Source: Toensbergia leucococca
Lineage: Eukaryota
DNA: 28,643 bases
Assembly: GCA_022813965.1 (NCBI GenBank)
Contig: JALDZS010000088.1
Span: forward strand, 62,001-90,643
Reading direction: 5' to 3'
Shown: positions 1 to 11,324 of the stretch, piece after piece
How positions within the stretch are numbered: the stretch's first letter is position 1
Layout of the letters: each line of letters starts with the position of its first letter
Made by a program: the position numbers and the translations under genes
Notes under the pieces: generated by a model
The model's database searches: none
What the model was told of the DNA's origin: nothing
What the model saw: the letters and a program-made list of their open reading frames with translations, nothing else

Positions 1-132
1 CATCCTAATAAAGTCATAATTCCAATAGCCATAAACATGCCTTTCTCTCTCATCCCATGTTCTCACATGGTGTGTACTTCACACCCTTCAGTCTCTAATA
101 TCTCTCTTCCACAAAATCCAACTCGCCTACTT

Positions 133-1422
133 TCACGTCATCCAACGAGCATCGAAGCTTGCTTGAAGAATGTCATAGGCCGTATCGAAGTGAGGTAACA
201 AGGAGTCCAAGTCCAACTTTTCAAAGCCCAACATCCACACGAAGATCGTGAGCTTCTGATTACCGATGACAGGAGCGGAGACTTCGAACCATCGCGAAGG
301 CTTTGGATGCTTGCGGAGTGCTGCGTAGCGAATTCCCGTGCTAATTGGGGATAGTTTCCCGCCAATGATTCGGAACGAACATCGCTTTTCAAGTACAGGA
401 AATACGATTTCCATCGGTTTCGCAAAGAAAAGTTCCGGATCATCTTGGTGGATACTCAGATGAACAGTAAATTTTCTGATCAATGTCGCGTTCGTTGACC
501 CAATGCTAGCAAGGAATGTTCTCAATGGCTGGGACAGGTAGAAACTACTGTATTCTTGAGTGTCTCTGAACGAATAGTAAACCTCTGTGGTAAAGCGGCA
601 GGTGCTGTATATGCAGTCGAGAAGTTCCCCAGCAAGTTGATGGTTTACTAGCAGTGCTCCCATCATTGTGCCACGATATATTTCGTCGTGGTTGTACTTA
701 ATTCTATTCAGATGAGAGTTGTTGAAATCATGGAAACGTGGAGCAACGTAAGCATAAATCTTCTGCCGAACCTCCAATGGTAAGATTGCAAGAAAGTTGA
801 CACGGCTGGTCGTTTTTCGATACTGGCAGATCAATCGGTTCATCTCCTCTATCGCTAGACTGCTTGGCGGTGCATTGGGCAAGAAAGTGATAGCCACGCC
901 GATCAAGCCATGCAATTCGAAGCAAGAAGCGCGTCTATCAATATGAAAGAACAACGTAAGATCTTTGACCTTTCGCTTTGGGGAACCGTCACCTAGGCAT
1001 TCTAGCAGTTCGGTAGTCGTCTTAAAATTTCTCAACATCGAATATTGGTCGACGTGACAGCGAATCTTCCTTATGTACCCAACATTGTTTCGACCGATCT
1101 TGCTCAAGACACATCTGGCGACATCACAACCGTCGTTTAATCCTTGGAAGAGGGAATAGAATTCAAATGTAGTGGTGGAGTACATTTGTGCTCTCATCTC
1201 GTTGGCAAGACGTGGAAACGCAAGAATAAGGGACAGTAAAGGATGCTGAGGCCAGTCAAAGTCTCTAGCGTTGCTAGGATTGAAGAACAAAAGTTTCGTT
1301 GGAAGCAGGTGTGCGTAGATCTTCGACCGAGCCATGGGAGGTAGGAGACAAAGTTTTCCTTGAAACAGAGAGGAGTCCATCTTTGGACAGTAGTTGTGTG
1401 GAAGTGTAATGGCAAACGGCAT
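133..1422 (-). CDS. Hypothetical protein (429 aa; may start at the Met at 1380) with two tandem F-box-like-led domains
   Basis: Single long ORF. Two aligned units: LLPPMARSKIYAHLL...LANEMRAQMYSTTTFEF...LSKIGRNNVGYIRKI and ILPLEVRQKIYAYVA...LAGELLDCIYSTCRFTT...FLASIGSTNATLIRKF. The LPxExRxxIY motif is typical of fungal F-box-like hypothetical families. Confidence 0.75.
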   Translation of the reverse strand: MPFAITLPHNYCPKMDSSLFQGKLCLLPPMARSKIYAHLLPTKLLFFNPSNARDFDWPQHPLLSLILAFPRLANEMRAQMYSTTTFEFYSLFQGLNDGCDVARCVLSKIGRNNVGYIRKIRCHVDQYSMLRNFKTTTELLECLGDGSPKRKVKDLTLFFHIDRRASCFELHGLIGVAITFLPNAPPSSLAIEEMNRLICQYRKTTSRVNFLAILPLEVRQKIYAYVAPRFHDFNNSHLNRIKYNHDEIYRGTMMGALLVNHQLAGELLDCIYSTCRFTTEVYYSFRDTQEYSSFYLSQPLRTFLASIGSTNATLIRKFTVHLSIHQDDPELFFAKPMEIVFPVLEKRCSFRIIGGKLSPISTGIRYAALRKHPKPSRWFEVSAPVIGNQKLTIFVWMLGFEKLDLDSLLPHFDTAYDILQASFDARWMT

Positions 1423-4080
1423 GCCGGTCTAATATAGAGACGTCCACGCCGTAACATGAATGAGCAGGTCTTTATGAATCTTCCCATGAATAGTGAAGAA
1501 ACGCAGAGACTACTATTTTGAGTAGAAGTGAATCCTGGAATCAACGTAACAGATACATGTGAATCAATAGCATAAGCTTTCAAAATTGCAATTTATATAG
1601 AACAGATCTGAATGCAACCTATTGACCGAGTCCTTGAAGACAATGTCGAAAACGAAGTGTGAAGACACACTAGTATTGTGTCTCAAATTGGTATATTGAA
1701 TAGCTTGTGTTATATGCACAGTGAACGATTCTCATGTTTTCTTACATGAACTCAGCATCAATACATTAGTATAAACACCACCAACGTAGTTGTGTCCCAA
1801 GGGGAAATTGTTATAGGACAAACCTCCTTCTGCTTATTATACAAGCACTTGAGGAGCGACGAATGGAAGGAGAGGCGTAAGTTGCACGAGTAAGTCGGAA
1901 TTTTAGGGTCCCTTGCATTGGTGAAAGTCGCAACGACGAGTTCGGATATTGAAAACAATCGTGATCCTGTACAACGGAGAGTTGTGCTAGCCAGAGCATG
2001 AATAATGGCGACGGGCACCAAAAGAAGGAGAAAACGCAACAATGCGATAATCGACTGGTTGACTATCTTTAAAGGTGACTCGAAGAGGGTTAATATATAT
2101 TTTCCTCTGGAAAGGGCGATTTTGGGATACTGCTTGTTATTTGTACCAGGCTCGGATGCATGGCTACATGTATCTACATGTTGATTTGACAATTGTGGCA
2201 AGAGTGGCCTGTTCATTCTCCTAAACAGCTAAAGTAACCATATGGAGGGATTATCCTTTTGAATCTCTTGATAAGCTGATTACATGCGTTGTCGTATCGA
2301 GCGGTGCTGGAGAGGTGCAAATGAGGCTCGATGGATTCCGTCTCCTCACCGTTTATGTAGCCGTTCCATCATTCCAATCTTGGATGCTGGAAATATATCT
2401 TCTTGAGCGCGTAGGCATTCTTTGAATCCGCAAGCTCCTTCAACTAAGAAGTCCATAAGGAATTTCACTTTTCTCATTGCATTATGTTGTGTCGAGTGCA
2501 ATTTCTTTCCCAAAGTCTCAAAGGTTGTTGTACCTCGATCGAAATTGGTCGATATCTCAATTCTTCCAGCTTTTCTGAACTTTTCTATATATAATCTTCT
2601 AGCTTAGAAGCCTTTCTCTGCGAGTCTTTTCTCCTGTTCACCCTCAACTGCCTCCTATTCATTATCAAGAGGTAGGGAACGCGGGTGTTGGTAGCCGTTG
2701 AACTGGTGCGGATTGCCGCTGTTGTATGGGACTCCAGCGATGATCCATTTGAGATGCCAGACAGCCTTATGACGTGTTCCACCTGTTCTTAAAGTATAAA
2801 GACCAAAGCATTCTTAAGATGCACAATTCAATCTCTACAGGATCTAGATCGTATCAAATCTGCGATCGTAACGACTATTGCCGAAAAACAAGAGTCTAGT
2901 CTCTGCTTTGACGACGTCATAGAGCTGCTTTTTGGAGGAGGAAGACCTAGTCTTGCTTAAGAAGGAGCATTCTCGCTGGAGTCATCCATGTTCTGTCATG
3001 ACATCGCCTCTTTGCGGCTTTACTCTTCCTGCTATCAAATTATAGGTAGAAACATCTCACTTCTCTTAGAAATCTACCGGGAATGTCTTTCGTGTTTGGA
3101 GGTTTAGGGCTTGCCACCCAAGAGTAAGTTTACTTTTTGTCGTGCATCTGGGATAATGCCTTTAGCTAGAAAGATCAAGGGTCTCGTTTCATCAAGTCCC
3201 AAGGAAAACGATGACTCTTTGACTGGAAATACATCGTTGAGAAGGGTCTTGTTTTAATTCGACACGATTGTATATGTACGAACTCTGATTCGGCCACCTT
3301 TCCCGAGAAAGATGGGAATGTCAATTGGAGCGACTGGACCTGGCATCTTAGCGGGGATCAGCAAGCGAAAGAGATCTAGGAGAGTCTTGACTTTCTATAT
3401 GGAAATCTTGGAGTAGACGAGCTCTGTTTTCTTCTGTATATACGGTATTGCATAATAGATGAAGCCTGGATCGTATGAGCATATAGCCCGAAATATATAG
3501 TCTTCGTATACAGAGTAGTGCACAAGTATGGCTCAAGAAGCTGACAAGTTCCAAGGAGGTAAAGAGACACCACCGATGAAGCTTAATGTCATGTGAAGTA
3601 CCTAGCTTTGAGGGTCATGCTGTTTTACCTTGCATTTTCAGAAAATATTACCATGATAGTGAAAAGAAGATGAGAAAATGAATCTTTTATCACTTCGGCT
3701 ATCCTTTCAGGGGTTGAAGTAGGTACCTAAGTTAATGGCAGGGAGTATCAATGCTGAATGCTGAGCATGTACAAGGAGACAAGGTAGGAATGAGGACTCA
3801 TTTGGCAATACTCCTGGGTCATGCTGTAAACAACGCTTGCTTGCAGTTGCCCGCATACTAGTATGACTACAAGTGATGCCTTCCCAGCATTCTTTTTTTT
3901 TATGAATGGAACAATGTTTGACAGATTCATATGGTGAAAATGTCCTTCACCCTCCCTACTCAGCTATATAACCCTACAGTATTTCTGAAGATTCTGCATA
4001 CTCTCCAGCCTACTTGAATTCCAGCCTGCAGACACAATAAACACTTGCACTCAACCTACTACTTCGCAGGCAAAGAAAGC

Positions 4081-4662
4081 ATGTCGGGTTCAAAACGCAT
4101 CACCAAGGTCCACAGAGTTCTTACGAACCTTGCAATTAGTCGCGTACTAATTTCGTGTCTACAGGAGTTGGCTGAGCTTGAGAAGTCATCCATCCCGGGC
4201 ATGGTGGTCTCCCTCATTTCTGAATCCGATATCCACAAATGGCAAGTTCTTATCGATGGCCCTGACAAGACACCTTACGCTGTATGTCTCCCAACCTATA
4301 GCGATTTGCTCTCTCGCTCCGAATTGACCTTTCCCTGCTAGGGCGGTAAATTCACTCTGCACCTCACCCTCCCCAACGACTACCCTTTCAAGCCCCCTAC
4401 TTTGAACTTCCAAACAAAGATCTACCACCCCAATGTGTCCAATGACGACAAGGGTAGCATGTGCCTCGGCATGCTACGTCCCGATGAATGGAAACCTTCG
4501 TCCAAGGTCAACGCTGTGCTGGAATTCGCGAAGCAATTGCTCGTGGAGCCTTTACCTGACGATGCCGTGGAAGCAAGTATTGGCAAAGAATACAAGGAGG
4601 ACAAGAAGGAATTCATCAAGAAGGCGAAGCAGTGGACAAAGCAATATGCCATGAAAAAATAG
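4081..4662 (+). CDS. E2 ubiquitin-conjugating enzyme (154 aa; resembles the UBE2L3/Ubc14-like group); exons 4081-4107, 4165-4281, 4342-4662
   Basis: Spliced product MSGSKRITKELAEL...GPDKTPYAGGKF...YPFKPPTLNFQTKIYHPNVSNDDKGSMCLGMLRPDEWKPSSK. HPN motif and catalytic Cys are present. Introns 4108-4164 (GT..TACTAAT..CAG) and 4282-4341 (GTATGT..TTGAC..TAG). Confidence 0.95.
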
Positions 4663-5812
4663 TGGCTAAGCAAGGATAGAGAATCTTCCAGATCAGGAGA
4701 GGTCGTGGTAATGAATTATGCGTGCATATGGACGGTGTTGCGTCGAGGCAGTCATTCGTTTCCAGTTGTGGGATCGAGTTGCTAGACTTGCACTTATCAG
4801 TCAATAAAGAAGCGTTCCATATTTCGAGGCCCAAAAAGTGGTGAACGCTGGATTTCTACATGTCTCGACCGTCCACTCCCATGAACTACCATTTCATCGA
4901 ACGTTCACTGCCTCCTTTGGCTCTCGAACCCTCCATTCATAATTGATCAGATATGCATCACTAGGTACATTTGTAATCTCTCTTGAGCTCATATGACATG
5001 ATCCTCCCGAGTCATCCCCAACCTTCTTTACAAGGAGATACCAACGTTCACCAATCTGGGTTCATCGTACTCCGTACAAAGCTTCTTCAGATCTCAACGA
5101 TAGGAGCAAAGAAGACACATTAAAGACACCCTACATGAGAGACGTGGAGGAAGTCATCACAGGGATTGTATTTGGATCTTCATGCATTCTCTGAGAATTA
5201 TCCATCAACACGTAAGGAGTAGGTCGTAGGGCAAACCCTAAATCAATTTAAGAATCTCGGTTACACCTGCCGCGGGAGAGTGTACCCCATACCGTAGGAT
5301 TAACTGTTGGAAGTGGAAGGCTATGTTCGCACAACAGCGATCTCAGCCATGAATGCTCAAGATTGCCTAGTCCTCCTGTGTCTGACACAAGGTAAGAAAC
5401 AATCTTGCAAAGATGGGTAGTCGTCAACCCTGCATCATAGTAACCAAATTGGGAAAGATTCTGGCGGCAAGCAAGCGCCGTTGGTATCATTGGGTTTCTT
5501 CTTTGCTGCACCGGTACTACCCACTAATCATGAGCTTGAGACAGAGTATATATTGCATTTCTGAAACATTGAATGCTTGCTGTGGAGCTGGGCGGCACGA
5601 TGGAGCATAGGCATAGCTGGCATTGCTTTCCTCACGTGTGATAGCAGAGCACTCTACGAGGCTTTGGAGACGGAGGCTACATTCTTCCTTTGCAGTCCTT
5701 ACGCAGTCGTTGTGATTTCACTCAAAGCATTGTTCATTACATTTCCTTGATATGTCGTTGTGAGATATCAATTGTTGCGGTTTGAGCCTTCTGAGGGCAA
5801 CACTAATATCCA

Positions 5813-7687
5813 ATGTCTGCATCTTCATCTATTCGCCCTATGGTAGTCGAACCCAGTAGGGTATGGTAAGACAACTTACAACTAAAGATCTTCATCAGCT
5901 TGGGCTAATGCTGTTTCTTTTGTGTCTAGGGAAGGTAATGATGGGCCGTGGTCGACCTTCTCAATACGAGTGGGGAACCCAGCTCAAGACGTCAATGTTC
6001 TTGTCTCAACGACTGTACCAGAGACATGGGTTGTCATGCAAGACGGCTGCAACTCTGGTGATCCTTCATACTGTGCGCGGTCTCGAGGGGGACTCTTCAA
6101 TATCAATGCATCCTCGACGTGGATAGACGAAAATGTATACGAACTTGGCGCAGAACTCAATCTTGGTTACGATGATAATTGGGATAACGGTGATTACGGA
6201 TTTGATACTTTGGGAAGCAATGATGTTGCTTTGAATCACCAAGTCATTGGCGCAATAGCCACCAAAGATTTCTACTTGGGGAATCTTGGCCTCACCCCAA
6301 GGCCAATAAACTTTACCACTATGGACGACCCGCGACCCAGCTTTCTATCTTCTTTGAAATCTAACAGCATTATACCGAGTCTGTCCTATGGGTACACAGC
6401 TGGAGCAAATTATCGTAGGTTTTCTTCAACAAATGTACACTAAATTCTTAGCTGATCAAAGATATCTAGGTCTGGACAAAGGTCTTGCAAGTCTAACATT
6501 AGGTGGATATGACGCTTCTCGATTTATCCCTAATTCAATGTCCTTTGATTTTGCAGCTGACATCTCTCGAGACCTCGTCGTCGGACTCCAGGCCATTGAT
6601 TTCAATGCCGCAAATACCACCAGCCAGGCATTGCTTCCGGGAGGAGGCATTCTAACATTTGTTGATTCGACGGTCCCCCATATCTGGCTACCTTTAGATT
6701 CCTGTAGAGCATTCGAAGAAGTCTTCGGTATTACCTGGGACTCTACAACAGCCTTGTATCTTCTGAACAATACGCAGCATGATGTACTGACAGCACAGAA
6801 TGCAAGCGTGTCATTCATCCTTGGTAATTATGTTAGTGGTGGAGAGACGGTCAATCTGACTCTGCCATATTCCAGCTTCGACCGTTTGGCTTCATACCCA
6901 ATTTTCAATGAAAGTACGAGGTACTTTCCACTCAAAAGGGCAGCTAACGACACGCAATATACACTTGGGAGGACGTTTCTCCAAGAAACGTGGGTCCAAG
7001 GAATAATTACAGCAGATTAAAGCGGTAGGCTGACTCATTGATAGATTCTTGATTGTGGACTATGAAAAGTCTAATTTCTCTATCTCTCAGAGTCTTTTCT
7101 TGGAAAATTCACAACCTAATATAATAGCAATTCCTCCAATCAATGCAACGATAGGAAATAGTACTTCACCCACCATAACAAAGACTACGCCTTCGCCTGA
7201 TCCGGACGCAAAGTCTCATTCACTAGATACTGGTGCTATGGCTGGCATAATCATCACCGCAGTTCTGCTGATGGTTCTCACTGCTAGTGCGGCAATAATC
7301 TTCGCCATTCGCCGAAGACGTCGCAGACGACAAGAGGACGCGACAGAAGACATTGAGCCTATCAAAGAAGTAGAAGTTTTCCAAAAGGCCGAAATGGATG
7401 GTTCTAGCAAGGATCAAGATATTTTAGAAATGTATCAAGAAGTTGAGGAGAAAGATAGTCGCGAGGTTATCACTTTCGTGGCCGAGCTTGAGGGAAGCAA
7501 CGGAAGCGTGGGACCAGCAAACAAACGTGTATTTGAATTGGATGGAGGGCCCATCAGGGCTCATGAACTACCAGATTCAAACTACGAATTCAAGGAATTA
7601 CCTACTCCACCAAGTGAGGTGCATGCTCAAGATGGAAGGTGGAGTTTTGCAGGGACACCGACATCAGGATTCAACGGGATGCTCTGA
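5813..7687 (+). CDS. Pepsin-like (A1) aspartic peptidase-domain type-I membrane protein, probably non-catalytic; exons 5813-5865, 5930-6414, 6470-6989, 7045-7687
   Basis: Splicing restores family motifs W|EGNDGPWSTF, SLSYGYTAGANYR|LDKGLASLTLGGYD and YTLGRTFLQET|FLIVDYE. Introns 5866-5929, 6415-6469 and 6990-7044 have GT/AG ends and branch sites. Ser/Thr stalk, TM helix AMAGIIITAVLLMVLTASAAIIFAI, then an Arg run and an acidic tail. The 5' end is uncertain. Confidence 0.85.
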
Positions 7688-8475
7688 GATGAATTCATTA
7701 GTAAGGGTGTTGTATAGAACTTCAACGGCCTTGAACGCCTGCTCCACAGACTATGGCATTTATCAAAGAGAACCATCACAATGCGATTGACTCGAAGAAA
7801 GGCGACACCATCTTTCTAGATTGTTGGGAGCCTTTCAACTCTATAAATATGCCGGACCTTGGACTAGGGCGTCGAAAATCGTTACAGCTAGGTCAAGGAC
7901 TGGAAGAGTCCTACGAATTGGTTACTGTACCGCTGGTGTCCCTCGACGAAATACGGTGTCTCCACACCAAATTCCAAGCGATTCTCTCCTTCGTTATTAC
8001 GATACCTCCTAGATAGATACCCCGGAGTAAAAGCTCTAACGATCCGCCGCTTGCTAATATTCCAGTCATCTGTTTGTTATAGGAATAGATTTGCGAGATT
8101 GTGGAAATTCCAAGTTTTTCAACGATAAATGAGCCGTTTTCATCGTTCGCGACATATCGCGGCCCTTTTGTGTCTTCGAATTCGTATGGCTTGTCGATGC
8201 AGCTGTTAGCAGACAAGTGCAGAACACGAAACACTTGGTCATAGTTGACAATAGGCAAGACTTGCTTGTTGCGTGTCAAGGCGGTTACCGCATGCGCTCA
8301 TATCTTCTCCGGAATGCGTCGGTTGCCTCGCCCCAATTTCCCACCTTTGTCTCCTCTATATATCGATTCCTCGAACAAAACATTTTCTCCTCCCAGACAC
8401 ACAGTCTCCATCTATATCTCTCCATCGCATCAATCCTCAAGATTCACCGTCGTTTCCACCATCAGAGTCATCAAA

Positions 8476-9184
8476 ATGCGCGTTTCCATTTTCTCCTCCC
8501 TCGCTCTCCTAGCATTCCCCTTGATCCACGCTCAAAACTTGGGGGATCTACCAGAGTGTGCTGTAAGTCCTATCCTAGGATTTTCTGTCAGCTTTTGAAT
8601 TCTCGATCTAACATTCACCCCAAGCAACCAGCGGCCACGTCTGGCATTGCCTCAACAGGCTGCTCCATCGCAGACTTCAAATGCATCTGTAGTGCAACTG
8701 CTTTCATCACCTCGCTACAAACGGCAGTCGAAGCACATTGCAACCAAGCCGATCAACAGCGTACGTTTCACTCCACCATATCCCATACTTTCCTCTCAAA
8801 CGACGCGTATAAAGCTAATGAGCGCACTTAGAAACGCTTCAATTCGCCCGACAACTGTGCAACTCCGTTGGCGTGACCATCAACCCCTCCATGGCCAGTA
8901 CCTCTAGTCCCGCAGCCACGTCCACTTCTGCTACATCCATAGCAATGAACGTAGCTGGCGACGATGCTATCATGCCGTCAACCTCGGTAATAGGTACTTC
9001 CATGTCCTCAACGTCAGCAATGGAGGCAGCGCCTACGCCAACATTCGCATACAATGGTACCTCAAATGGAACGGCGTATAACGCGCCTTTGCCCGCTGCG
9101 TTCCAAGGCAGTGCAGTGAAGAACGGGGGCCAGGCGTTTGCGGCTGTAGTGATAGGCGTTGTGGGAGCGGTTTTCGTGCTATGA
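8476..9184 (+). CDS. CFEM-domain secreted, probably GPI-anchored protein (191 aa); exons 8476-8562, 8625-8760, 8832-9184
   Basis: Signal peptide MRVSIFSSLALLAFPLIHA. CFEM-like core LPECAQPAATSGIASTGCSIADFKCICS...HCNQADQQQTLQFARQLCNSVGV. Ser/Thr-rich stalk and hydrophobic C-terminus AFAAVVIGVVGAVFVL. Introns GTAAGT..CTAAC..AAG and GTACGT..CTAAT..TAG. Confidence 0.9.
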
Positions 9185-9718
9185 TATGGGAGGTCGGGTG
9201 TACTATAGGGTTCTTATAGAAGGAGTTTAATGAGGAGCGGGGAGGTTAGAATGCATTGTTAGAGGGGACTATTTGATTTATGATATGCCATTTTGAATCA
9301 GCATTCTCCGGAGCTAGCTTTGCGGATTTAAACTTTACTAATAAAAGGTCGAGTAACTTAAATAGATGAATCAGAAAATCCTTAATCTTGAATGAGACTA
9401 TTTAATTCAAGTATTCAGATGTGCATGAATGTAACAAATCGAATAAATCGTATACAGGATCGGGCTCTTCGAAGTCAAAGTAGAGTAAGTCTTTCATTTG
9501 CTATTAAATTCCGCCACAAGCCCCGCCCTCTAACTGATACATCCTCCCGAAATCACCGCATCATCATTCATCTCTTCCCGCCAATCCTCAAAAGCCACTT
9601 CCTAACTGCCCACAAATTCCACTTTCCACTTCCCACTTCCCATCACTCCCAGCTCTAATCGTCCCCTACAAAATCACCTCCGCAAGCTCCCCAGCCACCC
9701 CTTGCACAAAAAGTAGCC

Positions 9719-10657
9719 ATGCTCCCCAAACCGCCCCTTAACGTGCACTCCTTCCCCCGGCCCCCACTCCTCGAAAGGACCTCGCGCCACCTCCAAATAA
9801 AATGGGACGGGCTGCTCATTGCCGACACCAAGGACGCGTACTGGGTGCTTGAGACGACACATCCGCCTAGTAAGTTCTGTTTTTTTTTATGATGTGCCTA
9901 GGTCTGACTGTTATTGGGGTTTCTTCGGTGGGGTAAGGGTTTGAGAAATGTTGGAATCTGATTTTTTTTCGATTTGTGAAATTGATGGAGCATTGGGAGG
10001 AGGTTTTTTCAGCTTGTGTTTAAATTCTGGGTTTTCCTGATTTATGTTCGTCGGCTTTGGGAGCTGGAAAAAAATTAACAATGCATCGGTCTCTCAATGT
10101 TTGGTCTCATCCCTCAACCTCTTCTCCTCATAATTCGCAGTTCTTGCACTTGTATTTACCTCCCTAACACATGTATCAAATACTCCGTGCCCCCTTTCCC
10201 TACTCCTTTTCCTCTACGCTTCTTTCAAAGCCCTCAATCTCTCCCTCACTAACGCCCCCGCTATCTAGCATACTATCTTCCTCCAGCCTCCCTCCTCACC
10301 TCTCCCCACATAAAATTAACCCCAACCCCACACCGCACCCTCTGCGAATACAAAGGCCTCGCGCACTACCACTCTCTGACTATCACCCCCCAATCCACCA
10401 ACGCGCCAAATCCCTCCACCTCCACCTCCTCACCAAGTACTCCAAATAAAACAGCCACCAATCGTATCTGGAGCTATCCCTCCCCCACTCCCTCCTTCAC
10501 CCCCATCAAAGACTACCTCTCCTTTTATGCCGGCCCTTGGCAATGTTTTGTGGATGGGGAGGAGGTGGTACCGCAACCGGGGGACTTCTATGGAGGATGG
10601 GTGACTGCGGAGCTTGTGGGGCGGGTGAAGGGGGGTCCAGGGACGTGGGGTTGGTAG
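9719..10657 (+). CDS. DUF427 family protein (179 aa); exons 9719-9869, 10269-10657
   Basis: Not in the ORF track. Spliced product MLPKPPLNVHSFPRPPLLE...IADTKDAYWVLETTHPPT|YYLPP...TLCEYKGLAHY...RIWSYPSP...IKDYLSFYAGPWQCFVDGEEVVPQPGDFYGGWVTAELVGRVKGGPGTWGW. Intron 9870-10268 is GTAAGT..CACTAAC..TAG. Confidence 0.92.
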
Positions 10658-10715
10658 TGGAGTGATTTTCCATTTACTTTTCGGATCTCATAGGGAATAA
10701 CCATGAATTTCGTCT

Positions 10716-11113
10716 CGTTATACGCGGTCAATGGAAGACCCAGATGAAGACCATTACACCAAGTAAATATGGCGCTGGTGAATACCAAAGTGACACGAGG
10801 GGATAAGTGAAATCGAGGTATCACCTCAAGATAGTGGCACGCCATAGCACGAATTGGCTTGAGATGAAGTAAGTCCTTTATTTGAATGGGAGGTGAATCT
10901 GGCAAACTGTATTCATCAATCAAGATTATGCTCAAAGCTCGGTTTTCATCTGGAATTCCTTTTCCTCTACACACCATTATATCAAAACTTCCCTTCCTTT
11001 GCAACCACAACATTTCCTTCCGCTTTATACCTCTTACATATCTATGTACGACGCCCTTAAAGGTACTACTTTCGACACCTTACGGTTCTCTAAACGATAG
11101 CGTCTTCATAACA
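10716..11113 (-). mobile_element. Candidate decayed solo LTR (~400 bp)
   Basis: The minus strand starts TGTTATG and ends ATAACG (one change from ATAACA). A TATA-like GTATAAAG precedes an AATAAA. It abuts a Gypsy integrase relic. The flanking 5-mers CGTCT/TGTTC are not a clean TSD. Confidence 0.4.
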
Positions 11114-11324
11114 TGTTCACTTTGCAACTCAATCTAAGGAAGAAAGCAGGAGCCAAGGCCATCGGTGTGGATCTGTATACAGAAGATGATCAGATGTGCT
11201 GCATTTAGATGGAGCTTCTGAGTGTCGAGATTGTATGGAAAGATATAGATAGCAAGATACCAAGGCAACTCGAAGTAATACAGCACTCAGCGGATGAAGA
11301 TCCGACTCTGGAAGATCCAACCTC

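Noticed and set aside
1750..3600. Short ORFs and coding-like patches between the F-box-like gene and the E2 gene
   Set aside because: Frequent stops, no consistent exon chain and no recognisable motif. Could be an old relic but cannot be supported.
3101..5241. Telomere-like TTTAGGG / AAACCCTAA words either side of the E2 gene
   Set aside because: Single 8-9 nt words, not tandem; expected by chance.
7688..8016. ORF after the pepsin-like stop codon as a frameshifted tail extension
   Set aside because: No splice or motif evidence links it to the gene.
10060..10069. GGAGCTGGAA complementary to a conserved 18S rRNA segment, as a snoRNA guide
   Set aside because: Only 10 nt and not followed by a D/D' box.
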